DNA of 63,830 bases, filler included, from Lama guanicoe (GCA_013239625.1; 211 parts of 211 records of this genome joined end to end with filler, not necessarily neighbours in it), one strand, 5' to 3'; counted from the first letter of the whole stretch, positions 48,075 to 60,918 are shown. The notes: generated by a model not told the origin, from the letters alone. A program made the numbers and translations.

Positions 48075-50901
48075 NNNNNNNNNNNNNNNNNNNNNNNNNN
48101 NNNNNNNNNNNNNNNNNNTTAATTAATTAANNNNNNNNNNNNNNNNNNNNNNNNNNNNNNNNNNNNNNNNNNNNGAGGTTTCATTGTGACAGAATTCTGT
48201 TAAGGCATACACTACCTAATTTTCATTTCATCTAACATCTTTCTCCTTTTCCTCCTGGGAAGAAAAAACTCAAATACTTCCTTTTGGTTGAAATAGCAAC
48301 ACCTAATTATAGAGTAGCTTTCTTTAAACAAATACATAAATTCTTCAAAGGATTTCATCAAGTTAGGAGCAGTATTTNNNNNNNNNNNNNNNNNNNNNNN
48401 NNNNNNNNNNNNNNNNNNNNNTTAATTAATTAANNNNNNNNNNNNNNNNNNNNNNNNNNNNNNNNNNNNNNNNNNNNTGTTTACTGGGGAGTGGGCTGGG
48501 GGAACTGTGGGGAAAGAAGGATGGGTGCTGAAGCTTCTCTCTGGCAAACAACAAAGCCATCATTCGTGCTGACCTCGTGCAGTACACTTCGCTGAATAAG
48601 CACTGGCCAGACTGGGATCCCGCTTGAAACTTGGAAGCACGTCAGTCCCCAAGGTCTCCCTCTTCCTGCAGAAGGCTAGCNNNNNNNNNNNNNNNNNNNN
48701 NNNNNNNNNNNNNNNNNNNNNNNNTTAATTAATTAANNNNNNNNNNNNNNNNNNNNNNNNNNNNNNNNNNNNNNNNNNNNTTGGGTTGTCGGCCCAGATG
48801 TTTTAGGTAAAGGAGAAATAAATTTCCACCTCATTAAATTCTGTAGTTATTTCAAGTCTCTTAGTTATGCCGCTGAACTGATAACCTAAATCACGTACTC
48901 TTTCAGCCTCTACGTTACAATAATACGCAAAGAGTACGAGGAATATTGAAACTAAATAGAACTGGAAGTCAGAAATCAAGTATNNNNNNNNNNNNNNNNN
49001 NNNNNNNNNNNNNNNNNNNNNNNNNNNTTAATTAATTAANNNNNNNNNNNNNNNNNNNNNNNNNNNNNNNNNNNNNNNNNNNNCTACATTCTTTAAAATT
49101 ACTGGCAAAACAGTTTTCCTAAGGAGAGGCAGCAGTGCCATCTTTATCTTGAAAGGATACACCTTAAATAATTGAATGACATGGTAAACCTACAATGAAA
49201 GACATCGTTATTTAACCAGGGATTCTGCCTGTCTTGCGTCTTACAGCTAAGATCCACCACAGCAAAGTAGCAGAAGTTCTGAGTTTNNNNNNNNNNNNNN
49301 NNNNNNNNNNNNNNNNNNNNNNNNNNNNNNTTAATTAATTAANNNNNNNNNNNNNNNNNNNNNNNNNNNNNNNNNNNNNNNNNNNNCCTGGTAGAACTCT
49401 GGGTAGAGTTGCTGGTTTGCAGGATATGCATATATTGTGCTTAGCTGATACTGAGTTTTACAAACTGAGAAAAGTTTTACTAACTGGTTCTATCAATTAT
49501 TTTCCGACCAGCACTATGTAAGTAGTCCTGTTGCTCCACAATCTCTCCAGTACTTAATATTGGAGGGGTTTTTTTTAATCTTTTTTTTTNNNNNNNNNNN
49601 NNNNNNNNNNNNNNNNNNNNNNNNNNNNNNNNNTTAATTAATTAANNNNNNNNNNNNNNNNNNNNNNNNNNNNNNNNNNNNNNNNNNNNTTCACAAAACA
49701 CTGAACTGCGGAGACTGAGTTTGGGGTCTCCGATGTGATGGCACACGGATGCTGTTTATGTATAAAGTTTAATCAAAGGGGAGAGGGGGTCTTAGGGCTG
49801 TGTCATATTTTTAGGTTTGGTCGATATAAAATTACCCTCCAGGAAGGCTTCCACTCCTACCTAAAGTCTGTTCTGTTTTTCAAACAAAACACNNNNNNNN
49901 NNNNNNNNNNNNNNNNNNNNNNNNNNNNNNNNNNNNTTAATTAATTAANNNNNNNNNNNNNNNNNNNNNNNNNNNNNNNNNNNNNNNNNNNNACTGCACC
50001 TTGTGTGGGAAGCTCACTTGTAGTCTTTCTGTAGGATTCTGACCGATGGATTAACCAACCTTCCAAATGCATCTCAGGGCAGAGCCCTCTGTGAACAGAG
50101 AGGCAAACACGGGACCAAGCAGAGCTCAGGATGGAGATGCAGCTCGGAAAACACCAGGGCTCTTCCTCTTCCTTCAGGTAAGGACAGCGGGTCCTNNNNN
50201 NNNNNNNNNNNNNNNNNNNNNNNNNNNNNNNNNNNNNNNTTAATTAATTAANNNNNNNNNNNNNNNNNNNNNNNNNNNNNNNNNNNNNNNNNNNNCCTGC
50301 GTGGGCTTCTGGAAAGCTCAGAGCCAAGTTTACGGCTCACGTTTCACAAACACAGTTTAGGATTCTTCTGCCAGGCGTTTTACATTCTCATCTCACTATG
50401 GACTTTTTACAGCACTTTCCTGCTCTTTTTTACCTTTTGCCATTATTTCCTCCATGGTCTATTTTTTATCCTCTTGTTCGAACGTATGGTACAAAGCGNN
50501 NNNNNNNNNNNNNNNNNNNNNNNNNNNNNNNNNNNNNNNNNNTTAATTAATTAANNNNNNNNNNNNNNNNNNNNNNNNNNNNNNNNNNNNNNNNNNNNGG
50601 ACCGCAGCCGAGCCAGGCATGCCGTCCGTGCAGGGCTGTGGACGCCCATGCACCATCCAGCGGGCAGCGGGAACATCCCGGCGTGACCACAAGCCAGTGC
50701 CTGGCCCTTCCGTGCCCCTGGAGAGTCACATCACAGCGCCTCATCCCTCCCGCCAGCTCTCAGGGCTGGTCTCATTTCACAGATAAAGAAGCGCAGGTGC
50801 GNNNNNNNNNNNNNNNNNNNNNNNNNNNNNNNNNNNNNNNNNNNNTTAATTAATTAANNNNNNNNNNNNNNNNNNNNNNNNNNNNNNNNNNNNNNNNNNN
50901 N

Positions 50902-51104
50902 TACCATATGCAAAAAAAAAAAAAAACCCAAAAACCAAAAACCAAAAACCAAAACAAAACAAAAAACCAACTCAATGTGGATTAAAGACTTAAAATACCT
51001 GAAACTGTTAACCTCTTAGAAGGAAACACAGGGGGAAGTGTTACTGATACTGGTCTCGGCGATGATTTCTTGGAAAAGATACCAAAAGCACGTGCAACAA
51101 AAGG
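50902..51104 (+). mobile_element. LINE-1 ORF2 fragment with an internal A-rich expansion
   Basis: ACCATATGCAAAAA...CAACTCAATGTGGATTAAAGACTTAAA...ACCTGAAACTGTTAACCTCTTAGAAG. Confidence 0.85.
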
Positions 51105-51586
51105 NNNNNNNNNNNNNNNNNNNNNNNNNNNNNNNNNNNNNNNNNNNNTTAATTAATTAANNNNNNNNNNNNNNNNNNNNNNNNNNNNNNNNNNNNNNNN
51201 NNNNATTCAAGCTGTTGGATTAACCCACACAGTTAGGGTTGGTCTCTCCTTTGCGAGGCTGAGCAGCCTCCTCAGTGTGCCCCCTTGAACCTCAGAGCAC
51301 CAGCAGCACCCGCCCCTGCTTCCCTCATGGCTCCTGAGGTCAGGGACGAATTGCACACCTGAGCTCACTGGCCCACATTCTCTTGCCAGTGTCTCCAGGC
51401 CCCTCTCNNNNNNNNNNNNNNNNNNNNNNNNNNNNNNNNNNNNNNNNNNNNTTAATTAATTAANNNNNNNNNNNNNNNNNNNNNNNNNNNNNNNNNNNNN
51501 NNNNNNNAGAAGCATATGATGGACTTCTCATTCACTTCTTAATTGATTTTAATTCATCTAAGTGAACAATGCTGGCACCTAAGAAA

Positions 51587-51710
51587 ATGGTCAGAAGAAA
51601 TTCCAGCTTAGTGATTGAATTTGTTTTCTTGGGATTAATGGATCGTCCAGATCTTCAGCCCATCCTTTTTGTGCTGTTGCTGGTGATCTACTTGATCACT
51701 GTTGGGGGGG
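51587..51710 (+). CDS. Olfactory receptor N-terminus/TM1 (family 5-like), partial; alternative in-frame ATG at 51569
   Basis: MVRRNSSLVIEFVFLGLMDRPDLQPILFVLLLVIYLITVGG; N-glycosylation sequon NSS, EFxxLG and LFxxxLxIY motifs. Confidence 0.9.
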
Positions 51711-52416
51711 NNNNNNNNNNNNNNNNNNNNNNNNNNNNNNNNNNNNNNNNNNNNTTAATTAATTAANNNNNNNNNNNNNNNNNNNNNNNNNNNNNNNNNN
51801 NNNNNNNNNNAAAAAAAAAATCTATCTTTACCAACTGTGGATGAAGAGAAAGTAGGCTACCTCATACACTGCTGGTGAAAGTATAAAATAATACAACCAC
51901 TTGAGAAAACAGACTTTCAAAGTAAAGTTAGACCAGTTTTTTAAACATTTTTTCCTAAAAATGTGTGCAATTCACTCTTTCCTAATAATCATGAATAGGG
52001 AATTGATGTATGTNNNNNNNNNNNNNNNNNNNNNNNNNNNNNNNNNNNNNNNNNNNNTTAATTAATTAANNNNNNNNNNNNNNNNNNNNNNNNNNNNNNN
52101 NNNNNNNNNNNNNGAGCTTGGTTACTATTCCTGTCTTGCGAGAGACTGGAGCAGGGAGGCCACACCTGATGTGAAGGAAGCCAATGAGGCCTGAATAGCT
52201 AAGTCAAGAGAGGTCCAGAGGTCAAGGAGAGAGAGAAGAGTCAGGGAGAGAGCCAAGTGCACGAGCAGGGACAGACAAGGTAACAGCTCTCACTAGAGAG
52301 CCCACTGCCTGGCCTCNNNNNNNNNNNNNNNNNNNNNNNNNNNNNNNNNNNNNNNNNNNNTTAATTAATTAANNNNNNNNNNNNNNNNNNNNNNNNNNNN
52401 NNNNNNNNNNNNNNNN

Positions 52417-52615
52417 GTGCCATTTTTCCAATGGCATTTTCTCCCTACGTGTCTCTGTGTCACATTTTGATAATTCTTGCAATACTTCAATCTTTTCAGT
52501 ATTATATATTTCTTAAGGTGTCTGTGATCTTTAATGTTACTATTGCAAAAGGATTATGACTTGCTGAAGACTCAAGTGATAGTGTTTTTTAGCTATAAAA
52601 TATTTTTTAAATTGC
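52417..52615 (+). mobile_element. Tigger1 internally deleted derivative
   Basis: Tigger1 5'-region sequence (GCCATTTTTCCAA...GTCTCTGTGTCACATTTTG...GTTACTATTG) is joined directly to 3'-region sequence (CAAAAGGATTATGACTTGCTGAAG). Confidence 0.75.
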
Positions 52616-53931
52616 CTGANNNNNNNNNNNNNNNNNNNNNNNNNNNNNNNNNNNNNNNNNNNNTTAATTAATTAANNNNNNNNNNNNNNNNNNNNNNNNN
52701 NNNNNNNNNNNNNNNNNNNTTTTTTTTCATTGTTATGTACAATGTCCAACATTCAATAAAAATAGGAAGCTAGAAAGAGGCTCAAATGACCAAAAGCAAA
52801 GTTAAAAATAAAGCGGAAACAGTCCCTCAAATGATCACAGTATGATTGTATGCTCACAAAAATAGAGGGGGAAATGGAGCCTTTCATTAGAGAATGCATC
52901 AGAGAATCTGTAAAAAAGGAATNNNNNNNNNNNNNNNNNNNNNNNNNNNNNNNNNNNNNNNNNNNNTTAATTAATTAANNNNNNNNNNNNNNNNNNNNNN
53001 NNNNNNNNNNNNNNNNNNNNNNAAAAAGGCACATGACTTTTCTGGAAGATACACAATAAGTAGCTGAACCATGATTCAAACCTAGTATCCTTCTAAAAAT
53101 GTTAAGTCTTTCCATTGTGAAACACTGCCTCCCATAGCGTGTTGCTATGATAGCTTTTGCTTATGCAGGTACAAGAAGTCAAGCCTTGAGTTTGGGATAC
53201 TTTATAGAGAATTTCTAGAACTACTNNNNNNNNNNNNNNNNNNNNNNNNNNNNNNNNNNNNNNNNNNNNTTAATTAATTAANNNNNNNNNNNNNNNNNNN
53301 NNNNNNNNNNNNNNNNNNNNNNNNNTCCCTTCATAGTCAAGTTCTGCAATCCCTGTGTCTCCCTTTCTAACCCACCACCATCTAGCTAACACCCCACTGC
53401 ACCTCTGAAATTTGACAACAGCCACTACTGACATCTTAAGGGCCAGATGCAATCTCACCTTGCCTCTCTTCAATAATTTCTACGACCACTCATTTCTTGA
53501 AGTTCTCCCCTCCCCTGCCTTCCAGGGCNNNNNNNNNNNNNNNNNNNNNNNNNNNNNNNNNNNNNNNNNNNNTTAATTAATTAANNNNNNNNNNNNNNNN
53601 NNNNNNNNNNNNNNNNNNNNNNNNNNNNCACAGAGGAGCATGCTAACAGACTCAAGCCAGAAAAATATCCCACGAACATGCTCTGGCCACGAAAACAAAA
53701 TGATGTTTTCAATGAGAAGGAATTTCCTCGATGGTTTTCGACACAGAGTGCTGCCATCATGCCACCTATATTTCCTAAATTATTACTATCACACTGAGTT
53801 CTAAGAAAGCCCTAACTGGTAAAACATCTCTNNNNNNNNNNNNNNNNNNNNNNNNNNNNNNNNNNNNNNNNNNNNTTAATTAATTAANNNNNNNNNNNNN
53901 NNNNNNNNNNNNNNNNNNNNNNNNNNNNNNN

Positions 53932-54070
53932 CTGATGTAATCCCCTCAACAGCCTTCTGAGACAGAGATTATTAGGAACATTTTACAGATGAGAAAATTG
54001 AGGCTCTTAGAGGGGAAGGGCTTTGTCCAAGGCTACACAGCTTGGGAAGGGTAGTCCTGGAATTGAAATC
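53932..54070 (-). mobile_element. MIR SINE
   Basis: CATTTTACAGATGAGAAAATTGAGGCTC...TTGTCCAAGGCTACACAGCT. Confidence 0.85.
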
Positions 54071-55446
54071 TGTCACTGTGTGAAAACTTCAGAGTATCCA
54101 TTTGGGTCTGGGTTTCTGCTACCCTGAGTACAGGNNNNNNNNNNNNNNNNNNNNNNNNNNNNNNNNNNNNNNNNNNNNTTAATTAATTAANNNNNNNNNN
54201 NNNNNNNNNNNNNNNNNNNNNNNNNNNNNNNNNNTTTTTCTGTAGTTATTTCTTCAGTACAAATTCCCAGGAGTGGAATTACTGGGTCAAGAATACGAAT
54301 GTTATAATGACCCAATACGTATCACTATATTGCTTTTCAACATTATAGGCAATAGATGGACCTACTTGATTCCCCAGGAGCCACTTGATAGTCATCCTGG
54401 TGCTCCCATTGTCTTAAAAATATGGACAGTCAAATCTNNNNNNNNNNNNNNNNNNNNNNNNNNNNNNNNNNNNNNNNNNNNTTAATTAATTAANNNNNNN
54501 NNNNNNNNNNNNNNNNNNNNNNNNNNNNNNNNNNNNNTAGGTCCCTGGCAGCACATAATGGGGTGCTCTTCTCAGCCTCCTCTGCGATTTTCCCCCCTCC
54601 TCTTGAAGTGTCTGCTTCAGGGCATGTCTTTATTAAGTGAAGAGTCAAAAAGACTTTCAAGTACTCTTCTCGGAGGCAAAAGGACCCTCCAGTTCCATGG
54701 CTTCTGTGTTTGTGAACACTGTTTCACTGTCCTCTTGCTTNNNNNNNNNNNNNNNNNNNNNNNNNNNNNNNNNNNNNNNNNNNNTTAATTAATTAANNNN
54801 NNNNNNNNNNNNNNNNNNNNNNNNNNNNNNNNNNNNNNNNAATTTCTAGATTGGTTTTATCCAGAGTCCAGAGAAGGTAGACATTTCTCACTTTAGTAGG
54901 CTTACATTCAGGCCAAGGGGGAAGAGGTTCCTCAACTCTCCTAAATTTTCCTGTTAGGGAGGAATACGGCCAAAGTTGATTTTACTCAAAAGACTATATG
55001 GTGATTTGAATTTCATTTAGCAGTTTGCTTTTGCTACACCTTTNNNNNNNNNNNNNNNNNNNNNNNNNNNNNNNNNNNNNNNNNNNNTTAATTAATTAAN
55101 NNNNNNNNNNNNNNNNNNNNNNNNNNNNNNNNNNNNNNNNNNNAGCAATCATTTATCTTTTCTATTGCTGACAGATTTTGGATTGTTTCCAGCTTGGGAC
55201 TAAAATGGGTAGAATGATTTTGTTTCTACAGATTCATTTCTTTGATCTGAGCTTATTCTACCATGCTGTTTTTTTTTTCAGTCCACACATATTAATAGAG
55301 AGGAAAATAAACAAGGTTGAAACTTTCAAGGACCTCTATTTATTTTNNNNNNNNNNNNNNNNNNNNNNNNNNNNNNNNNNNNNNNNNNNNTTAATTAATT
55401 AANNNNNNNNNNNNNNNNNNNNNNNNNNNNNNNNNNNNNNNNNNNN

Positions 55447-55649
55447 CCCCATTTCCCTCCTCCAAAATCTCTAACCTGCCAGCCACTAATTTGTTCTCCA
55501 TGTCTGTATTTTTCTCATAATTGAGAACGTTAAATACGTGCAGTGGCCTTTTGAGATTGGCTTTCCCTCGCTCGGCAAAATGATTTTGGGGTCCACTGAA
55601 GTTGTTGTCTGGACCCACTTTACTCTTTGTTACTGCTGAGTAATCATCC
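55447..55649 (-). mobile_element. Old LINE-1 3' UTR fragment
   Basis: CAGCCACTAATTTGTTCTCCAT...CCTTTTGAGATTGGCTTT...TTACTGCTGAGTAAT. Confidence 0.75.
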
Positions 55650-55749
55650 NNNNNNNNNNNNNNNNNNNNNNNNNNNNNNNNNNNNNNNNNNNNTTAATTA
55701 ATTAANNNNNNNNNNNNNNNNNNNNNNNNNNNNNNNNNNNNNNNNNNNN

Positions 55750-55952
55750 GGGCCCGCGGTCCGCCTCGGCCTCCGGCGAGCTCGGGTCCCGCTCGGCCGC
55801 TAGTCCCTCCCGGCTGCCCTCCGCCCGCGCCGCTGCCGCCGCCGCCGCCGCCGCCAACCGCAGCCGCCGCGACCGAGCGACAGCGCCTCACAACCTAACC
55901 CGCGAGCAGACAGCGCCGACGGGCGGCCGGCGCGGCCAATAGAAGGGGATGG
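55750..55952. promoter_or_regulatory. CpG-island promoter/5' UTR fragment with a (CCG)n tract and CCAAT box
   Basis: Very high GC/CpG; GCC repeats at ~55829-55870; GGCCAATAG with CCAAT at 55936-55940. Confidence 0.65.
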
Positions 55953-56355
55953 NNNNNNNNNNNNNNNNNNNNNNNNNNNNNNNNNNNNNNNNNNNNTTAA
56001 TTAATTAANNNNNNNNNNNNNNNNNNNNNNNNNNNNNNNNNNNNNNNNNNNNTGTGTACATTTGCCCAAACTCATCCGGCTGTGTACCTAACATTGATGA
56101 ACTTTATTATGTGTAAATTATAATACCCAAATGTATACCCCAAGAAGCGAGAATAATTTACGGACAAATAGGGACTTTAAGCAGGAAATTTGCAAAAAGT
56201 TACATATTCTCCTCCTTGTTGTATACAGTCTAGCACTCAGGAAGTGATAAACTGANNNNNNNNNNNNNNNNNNNNNNNNNNNNNNNNNNNNNNNNNNNNT
56301 TAATTAATTAANNNNNNNNNNNNNNNNNNNNNNNNNNNNNNNNNNNNNNNNNNNN

Positions 56356-56558
56356 CAGCTCTCTTCAGTCTCAAGTGTTCCCTGTTAGGGGGAAGTCCGA
56401 GAAAAAACTTCCCTGAACTTTGGGAGGCAGCTGCTGACACTGGGCATGTCAGCCCAGACTCCCAGCATTCCCCAGCAGCCAGAAATTAGCAAAAGACTCA
56501 GGGGAGGCAAGCTTATGCATTCCATTAGAACCCACGCGCTGCCGACCGTTGGTGGAAC
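56356..56558. repeat. Member of an unidentified repeat/satellite family (homologous to 29391-29592)
   Basis: Colinear similarity over ~165 bp. Confidence 0.75.
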
Positions 56559-56961
56559 NNNNNNNNNNNNNNNNNNNNNNNNNNNNNNNNNNNNNNNNNN
56601 NNTTAATTAATTAANNNNNNNNNNNNNNNNNNNNNNNNNNNNNNNNNNNNNNNNNNNNCACCTAGACCTCCCAGAATGGACAGCGGGAGCAGAGTCACCA
56701 TGCTGGCACTGGGCTCTGGAGCCAGACCTGCAGTGGAGACCACAGGTCTTGTGAGAAGTGACTCACAGCGTGTTCAGAGCTGCTTCGGGCTCTGTCCCAG
56801 CTGAAGGGTGCAATGCCCAACCTCCAGAAAGAGAGGACAGACCCCCCACCCGCCAGGTGGTNNNNNNNNNNNNNNNNNNNNNNNNNNNNNNNNNNNNNNN
56901 NNNNNTTAATTAATTAANNNNNNNNNNNNNNNNNNNNNNNNNNNNNNNNNNNNNNNNNNNN

Positions 56962-57118
56962 TTTTTTAAGACATAATGCTACTAGACAATTAAGAGACTA
57001 TAGGATCGTTTAAACACAACTTTTATATGCACTGGGAAACCAAAACATTCTGTAACTAGCTTCACTGCTTTATTGCAGTGGTCTAAAACTAACCCACAAT
57101 GTCTCCAAGGTCTGCCTG
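56962..57118 (+). mobile_element. Tigger1 3' end with terminal inverted repeat and TA target site
   Basis: AACTTTTATATGCACTGGGAAACCAAAA...GCTTTATTGCAGTGGTCT...TCTCCAAGGTCTGCCTG followed by TA at 57119-57120. Confidence 0.9.
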
Positions 57119-58248
57119 TAGGCCATGTACAGAGCAGAGAAGGGACCCACGGGACCCACGGGCCNNNNNNNNNNNNNNNNNNNNNNNNNNNNNNNNNNNN
57201 NNNNNNNNTTAATTAATTAANNNNNNNNNNNNNNNNNNNNNNNNNNNNNNNNNNNNNNNNNNNNAAGCAATAGGTTTCATGTTAAAGAAAAAAAATGTAA
57301 CTTGGATTATCAAGTACCTGAGTTCACGTCAAGGAGGTCATGAGACTAGGAAATGCTGAAAATTATGAACGTCATTATAACTTATCACTTGTAAACCACT
57401 TTTCATGCACTGATAGCAAACCAGATGATCACACAAGAATGCAGTTTAGTATCAAGGGACACAACTGNNNNNNNNNNNNNNNNNNNNNNNNNNNNNNNNN
57501 NNNNNNNNNNNTTAATTAATTAANNNNNNNNNNNNNNNNNNNNNNNNNNNNNNNNNNNNNNNNNNNNTTCATGATGCTGTACTTGTAAACTACTTAACAC
57601 CACGTCTGGAATATAACAATAAGTATTTAATAAATGAAGTCTAGGAAAAGAGATATTTTAATACCATAAAATACAGGAGGTATTCTGGTAAGAAGCTAAT
57701 CTTTAAAAAGTAAATGATTTTGAGATACCTCAGAGTGGCATCAGACCATTGTGAGGGACTCTGTCCAAGTNNNNNNNNNNNNNNNNNNNNNNNNNNNNNN
57801 NNNNNNNNNNNNNNTTAATTAATTAANNNNNNNNNNNNNNNNNNNNNNNNNNNNNNNNNNNNNNNNNNNNCAGGACCATTTTCTCTGCTGAGGGCTACTA
57901 AATTCTTTCAGAAGAATTCCAGTCTACATTTAATATTCATTGGACATCAAGTTAAGTGTCCACATTTGTAGAATTATGGGCCAGATAGCATCTTCTCTTT
58001 TTTATTTTTTGTCAATGCCGAATTGTTCACTATGGTCATCGGGCTGTACTTTAGTTAAAATACAACCATACACNNNNNNNNNNNNNNNNNNNNNNNNNNN
58101 NNNNNNNNNNNNNNNNNTTAATTAATTAANNNNNNNNNNNNNNNNNNNNNNNNNNNNNNNNNNNNNNNNNNNNTATTTCATAGGACAAGATGCTATAGAA
58201 AAACAGAACACGTTCCAGTAGGCAGACAGCAGTAATAAGTTTGTATGC

Positions 58249-58376
58249 CTGTGCCATCAATACAGTAGCCACTAGCTACGTGGGGCAATTTAAAGTAAAC
58301 AAAATGAAATAAAACTAGAAATTCAGTTCCTCAGTTGCATTTGTCAAATTTAAGTCCTCAACAGCCACTTGGGGCT
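58249..58376. mobile_element. MER3/MER33-like hAT-Charlie fragment
   Basis: CAATACAGTAGCCACTAGCTACGTG...AAATTCAGTTCCTCAGTTGCA...CTCAACAGCCAC. Confidence 0.8.
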
Positions 58377-58779
58377 NNNNNNNNNNNNNNNNNNNNNNNN
58401 NNNNNNNNNNNNNNNNNNNNTTAATTAATTAANNNNNNNNNNNNNNNNNNNNNNNNNNNNNNNNNNNNNNNNNNNNTGAGAGATAGGGCCATGTATGTAT
58501 GCCCCCTTTATGAGTAGGAAAACAGGCTCCGTGATGTCATGTGAATTCCCCACAGAGACACAGCCGCTAAGTTGCAGAGCAATGTGGCTCCTTGAGTGGG
58601 ATGGGTCACCACTGAGGTTCTCTCTAGAAACCGGGGAATAGACCAGATGTGTGCTAGGTAGGTACTGCCTTAGATACCANNNNNNNNNNNNNNNNNNNNN
58701 NNNNNNNNNNNNNNNNNNNNNNNTTAATTAATTAANNNNNNNNNNNNNNNNNNNNNNNNNNNNNNNNNNNNNNNNNNNN

Positions 58780-58982
58780 AAGAAAAATACCATATGATAT
58801 CACTTATATGTAGAATCTAAAAAAAAGAGACACAAATGAACTTATTTACAAAACAGAATAGGACTCACAGACAGAGAAAACAAACCTATGGTTAGCAAGT
58901 GGGGAAGGGATAAATTAGGAGTTCAAGATTTGCGGATACAAACTACTATACATAAAATAGATAAATAACTAGTCTCTTCTGT
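58780..58982 (+). mobile_element. LINE-1 3' UTR fragment
   Basis: AAATACCATATGATATCACTTATATGTAGAATCTAAAAA...ACAAATGAACTTATTTACAAAACAGAA...AAACAAACCTATGGTTA. Confidence 0.9.
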
Positions 58983-59082
58983 NNNNNNNNNNNNNNNNNN
59001 NNNNNNNNNNNNNNNNNNNNNNNNNNTTAATTAATTAANNNNNNNNNNNNNNNNNNNNNNNNNNNNNNNNNNNNNNNNNNNN

Positions 59083-59285
59083 TAGATTGCCTTGGGCAGT
59101 GTGACCATTTTAACAGTATTGATTCTTGGAATCCAAGAGCATGGGATATCTTTCAATTTTTTAAATTCTTCTTTAATTTCCTTCATCAGTGGTTTATAGC
59201 TTTCTGTTTATAATTCTTTCACCTTCTTGGTTATACTTATTCCTAGGTATTTTATTACTTTGGGTGCTATTTTAAAGGGGATTTT
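59083..59285 (-). mobile_element. LINE-1 ORF2 fragment (downstream of the RT core)
   Basis: The minus strand encodes ...IKYLGI...KEIKE...DIPCSW...RIN.VKM..LPKAI, typical of L1 ORF2. Confidence 0.93.
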
Positions 59286-59991
59286 NNNNNNNNNNNNNNN
59301 NNNNNNNNNNNNNNNNNNNNNNNNNNNNNTTAATTAATTAANNNNNNNNNNNNNNNNNNNNNNNNNNNNNNNNNNNNNNNNNNNNCCGAACTTCAAGGGC
59401 TTAAGATGTTCCTTCAAGGGATGGGGGTGAGAGAAAGGGAGACAGAGACACTCATAACAGACAGCTTGTCATCACCATAACAGACATGCCAGTACAGGGC
59501 CCCGGAGCACAAAAGTGGGACACGTGAGCCACCCAGGAGTATACAGGAGGGTGTGGAGGGGAAGGAAGAAATTGAGGGGGTGCCCAGTNNNNNNNNNNNN
59601 NNNNNNNNNNNNNNNNNNNNNNNNNNNNNNNNTTAATTAATTAANNNNNNNNNNNNNNNNNNNNNNNNNNNNNNNNNNNNNNNNNNNNTTTTTAAAAACA
59701 TATTAGTGAAATCAGTGTTCATTCATTGGCTAATTCATACAACAAATATTAAAGTGTCCATAATAGGGCAGTCATACTTGGTATTCAGATTTCCAGAATT
59801 AGTAAAGTTTGATTTACTGTGTGTAGTTTTGCTGCTTTTGAGTGGTATGAAAAGTTTGCATTTTAAAAACAATGTTTTGCTAATAAGGCAGNNNNNNNNN
59901 NNNNNNNNNNNNNNNNNNNNNNNNNNNNNNNNNNNTTAATTAATTAANNNNNNNNNNNNNNNNNNNNNNNNNNNNNNNNNNNNNNNNNNNN

Positions 59992-60194
59992 TTTTTATAA
60001 GAAACTGACAAAATATTTTCCAGAGTGGCTGTACCATATTGCACTTTTCACCAGCAAACTGTGAGTGATTCAGTTTTTCTACCTCCTCATCAGCATCTGG
60101 GGTGGTAACTGCTTTGTATTTAAGCCATTTTGATAGGGGTATAAAGGTATCTCATGGTGGTTTTAATTTTTACTTTTCTAATGTTTAATGATGC
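59992..60194 (-). mobile_element. Old LINE-1 fragment
   Basis: TTTTCCAGAGTGGCTGTACCAT...CACCAGCA...AGCCATTTTGATAGG...GGTATCTCATGGTGGTTTTAATTT. Confidence 0.85.
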
Positions 60195-60918
60195 NNNNNN
60201 NNNNNNNNNNNNNNNNNNNNNNNNNNNNNNNNNNNNNNTTAATTAATTAANNNNNNNNNNNNNNNNNNNNNNNNNNNNNNNNNNNNNNNNNNNNTTAAAT
60301 TTCTGAGATGACAGTAAGGCCTTGATGGGCTGAAGACTTGGATTGATTGGAAACTAGATTGTAACTTAACTCCAAATTTTAAGTGTGAAAAGTGGCCCAA
60401 GATATTGGGTTATGCCAGTACAGGTAGAAATATTGGCCCCAGAGAAGGAGAGAAGTCAGGGATAGGCTGAGGAATGAGATAAGGAGCTCTAAGAAAGNNN
60501 NNNNNNNNNNNNNNNNNNNNNNNNNNNNNNNNNNNNNNNNNTTAATTAATTAANNNNNNNNNNNNNNNNNNNNNNNNNNNNNNNNNNNNNNNNNNNNATT
60601 CATTGGCATAAAGTTGTTTAAAGTGTCCTCTTGTTATCTTTTTGACATTTGTGGTATCTATAGTGCCATCCCTTCTTATCATATCTAATGTTGATATATT
60701 TTCTGTGTTTTTTTTTTTCTTGATGTATCTTGCTAGTCCTTTTTTGACCAGTTTTTGGCTCTGTGGATTTTGTTTGCTTTCTGTTTCATTAATTTGTGCT
60801 NNNNNNNNNNNNNNNNNNNNNNNNNNNNNNNNNNNNNNNNNNNNTTAATTAATTAANNNNNNNNNNNNNNNNNNNNNNNNNNNNNNNNNNNNNNNNNNNN
60901 TCTGGAAGTTTCTTTTTA

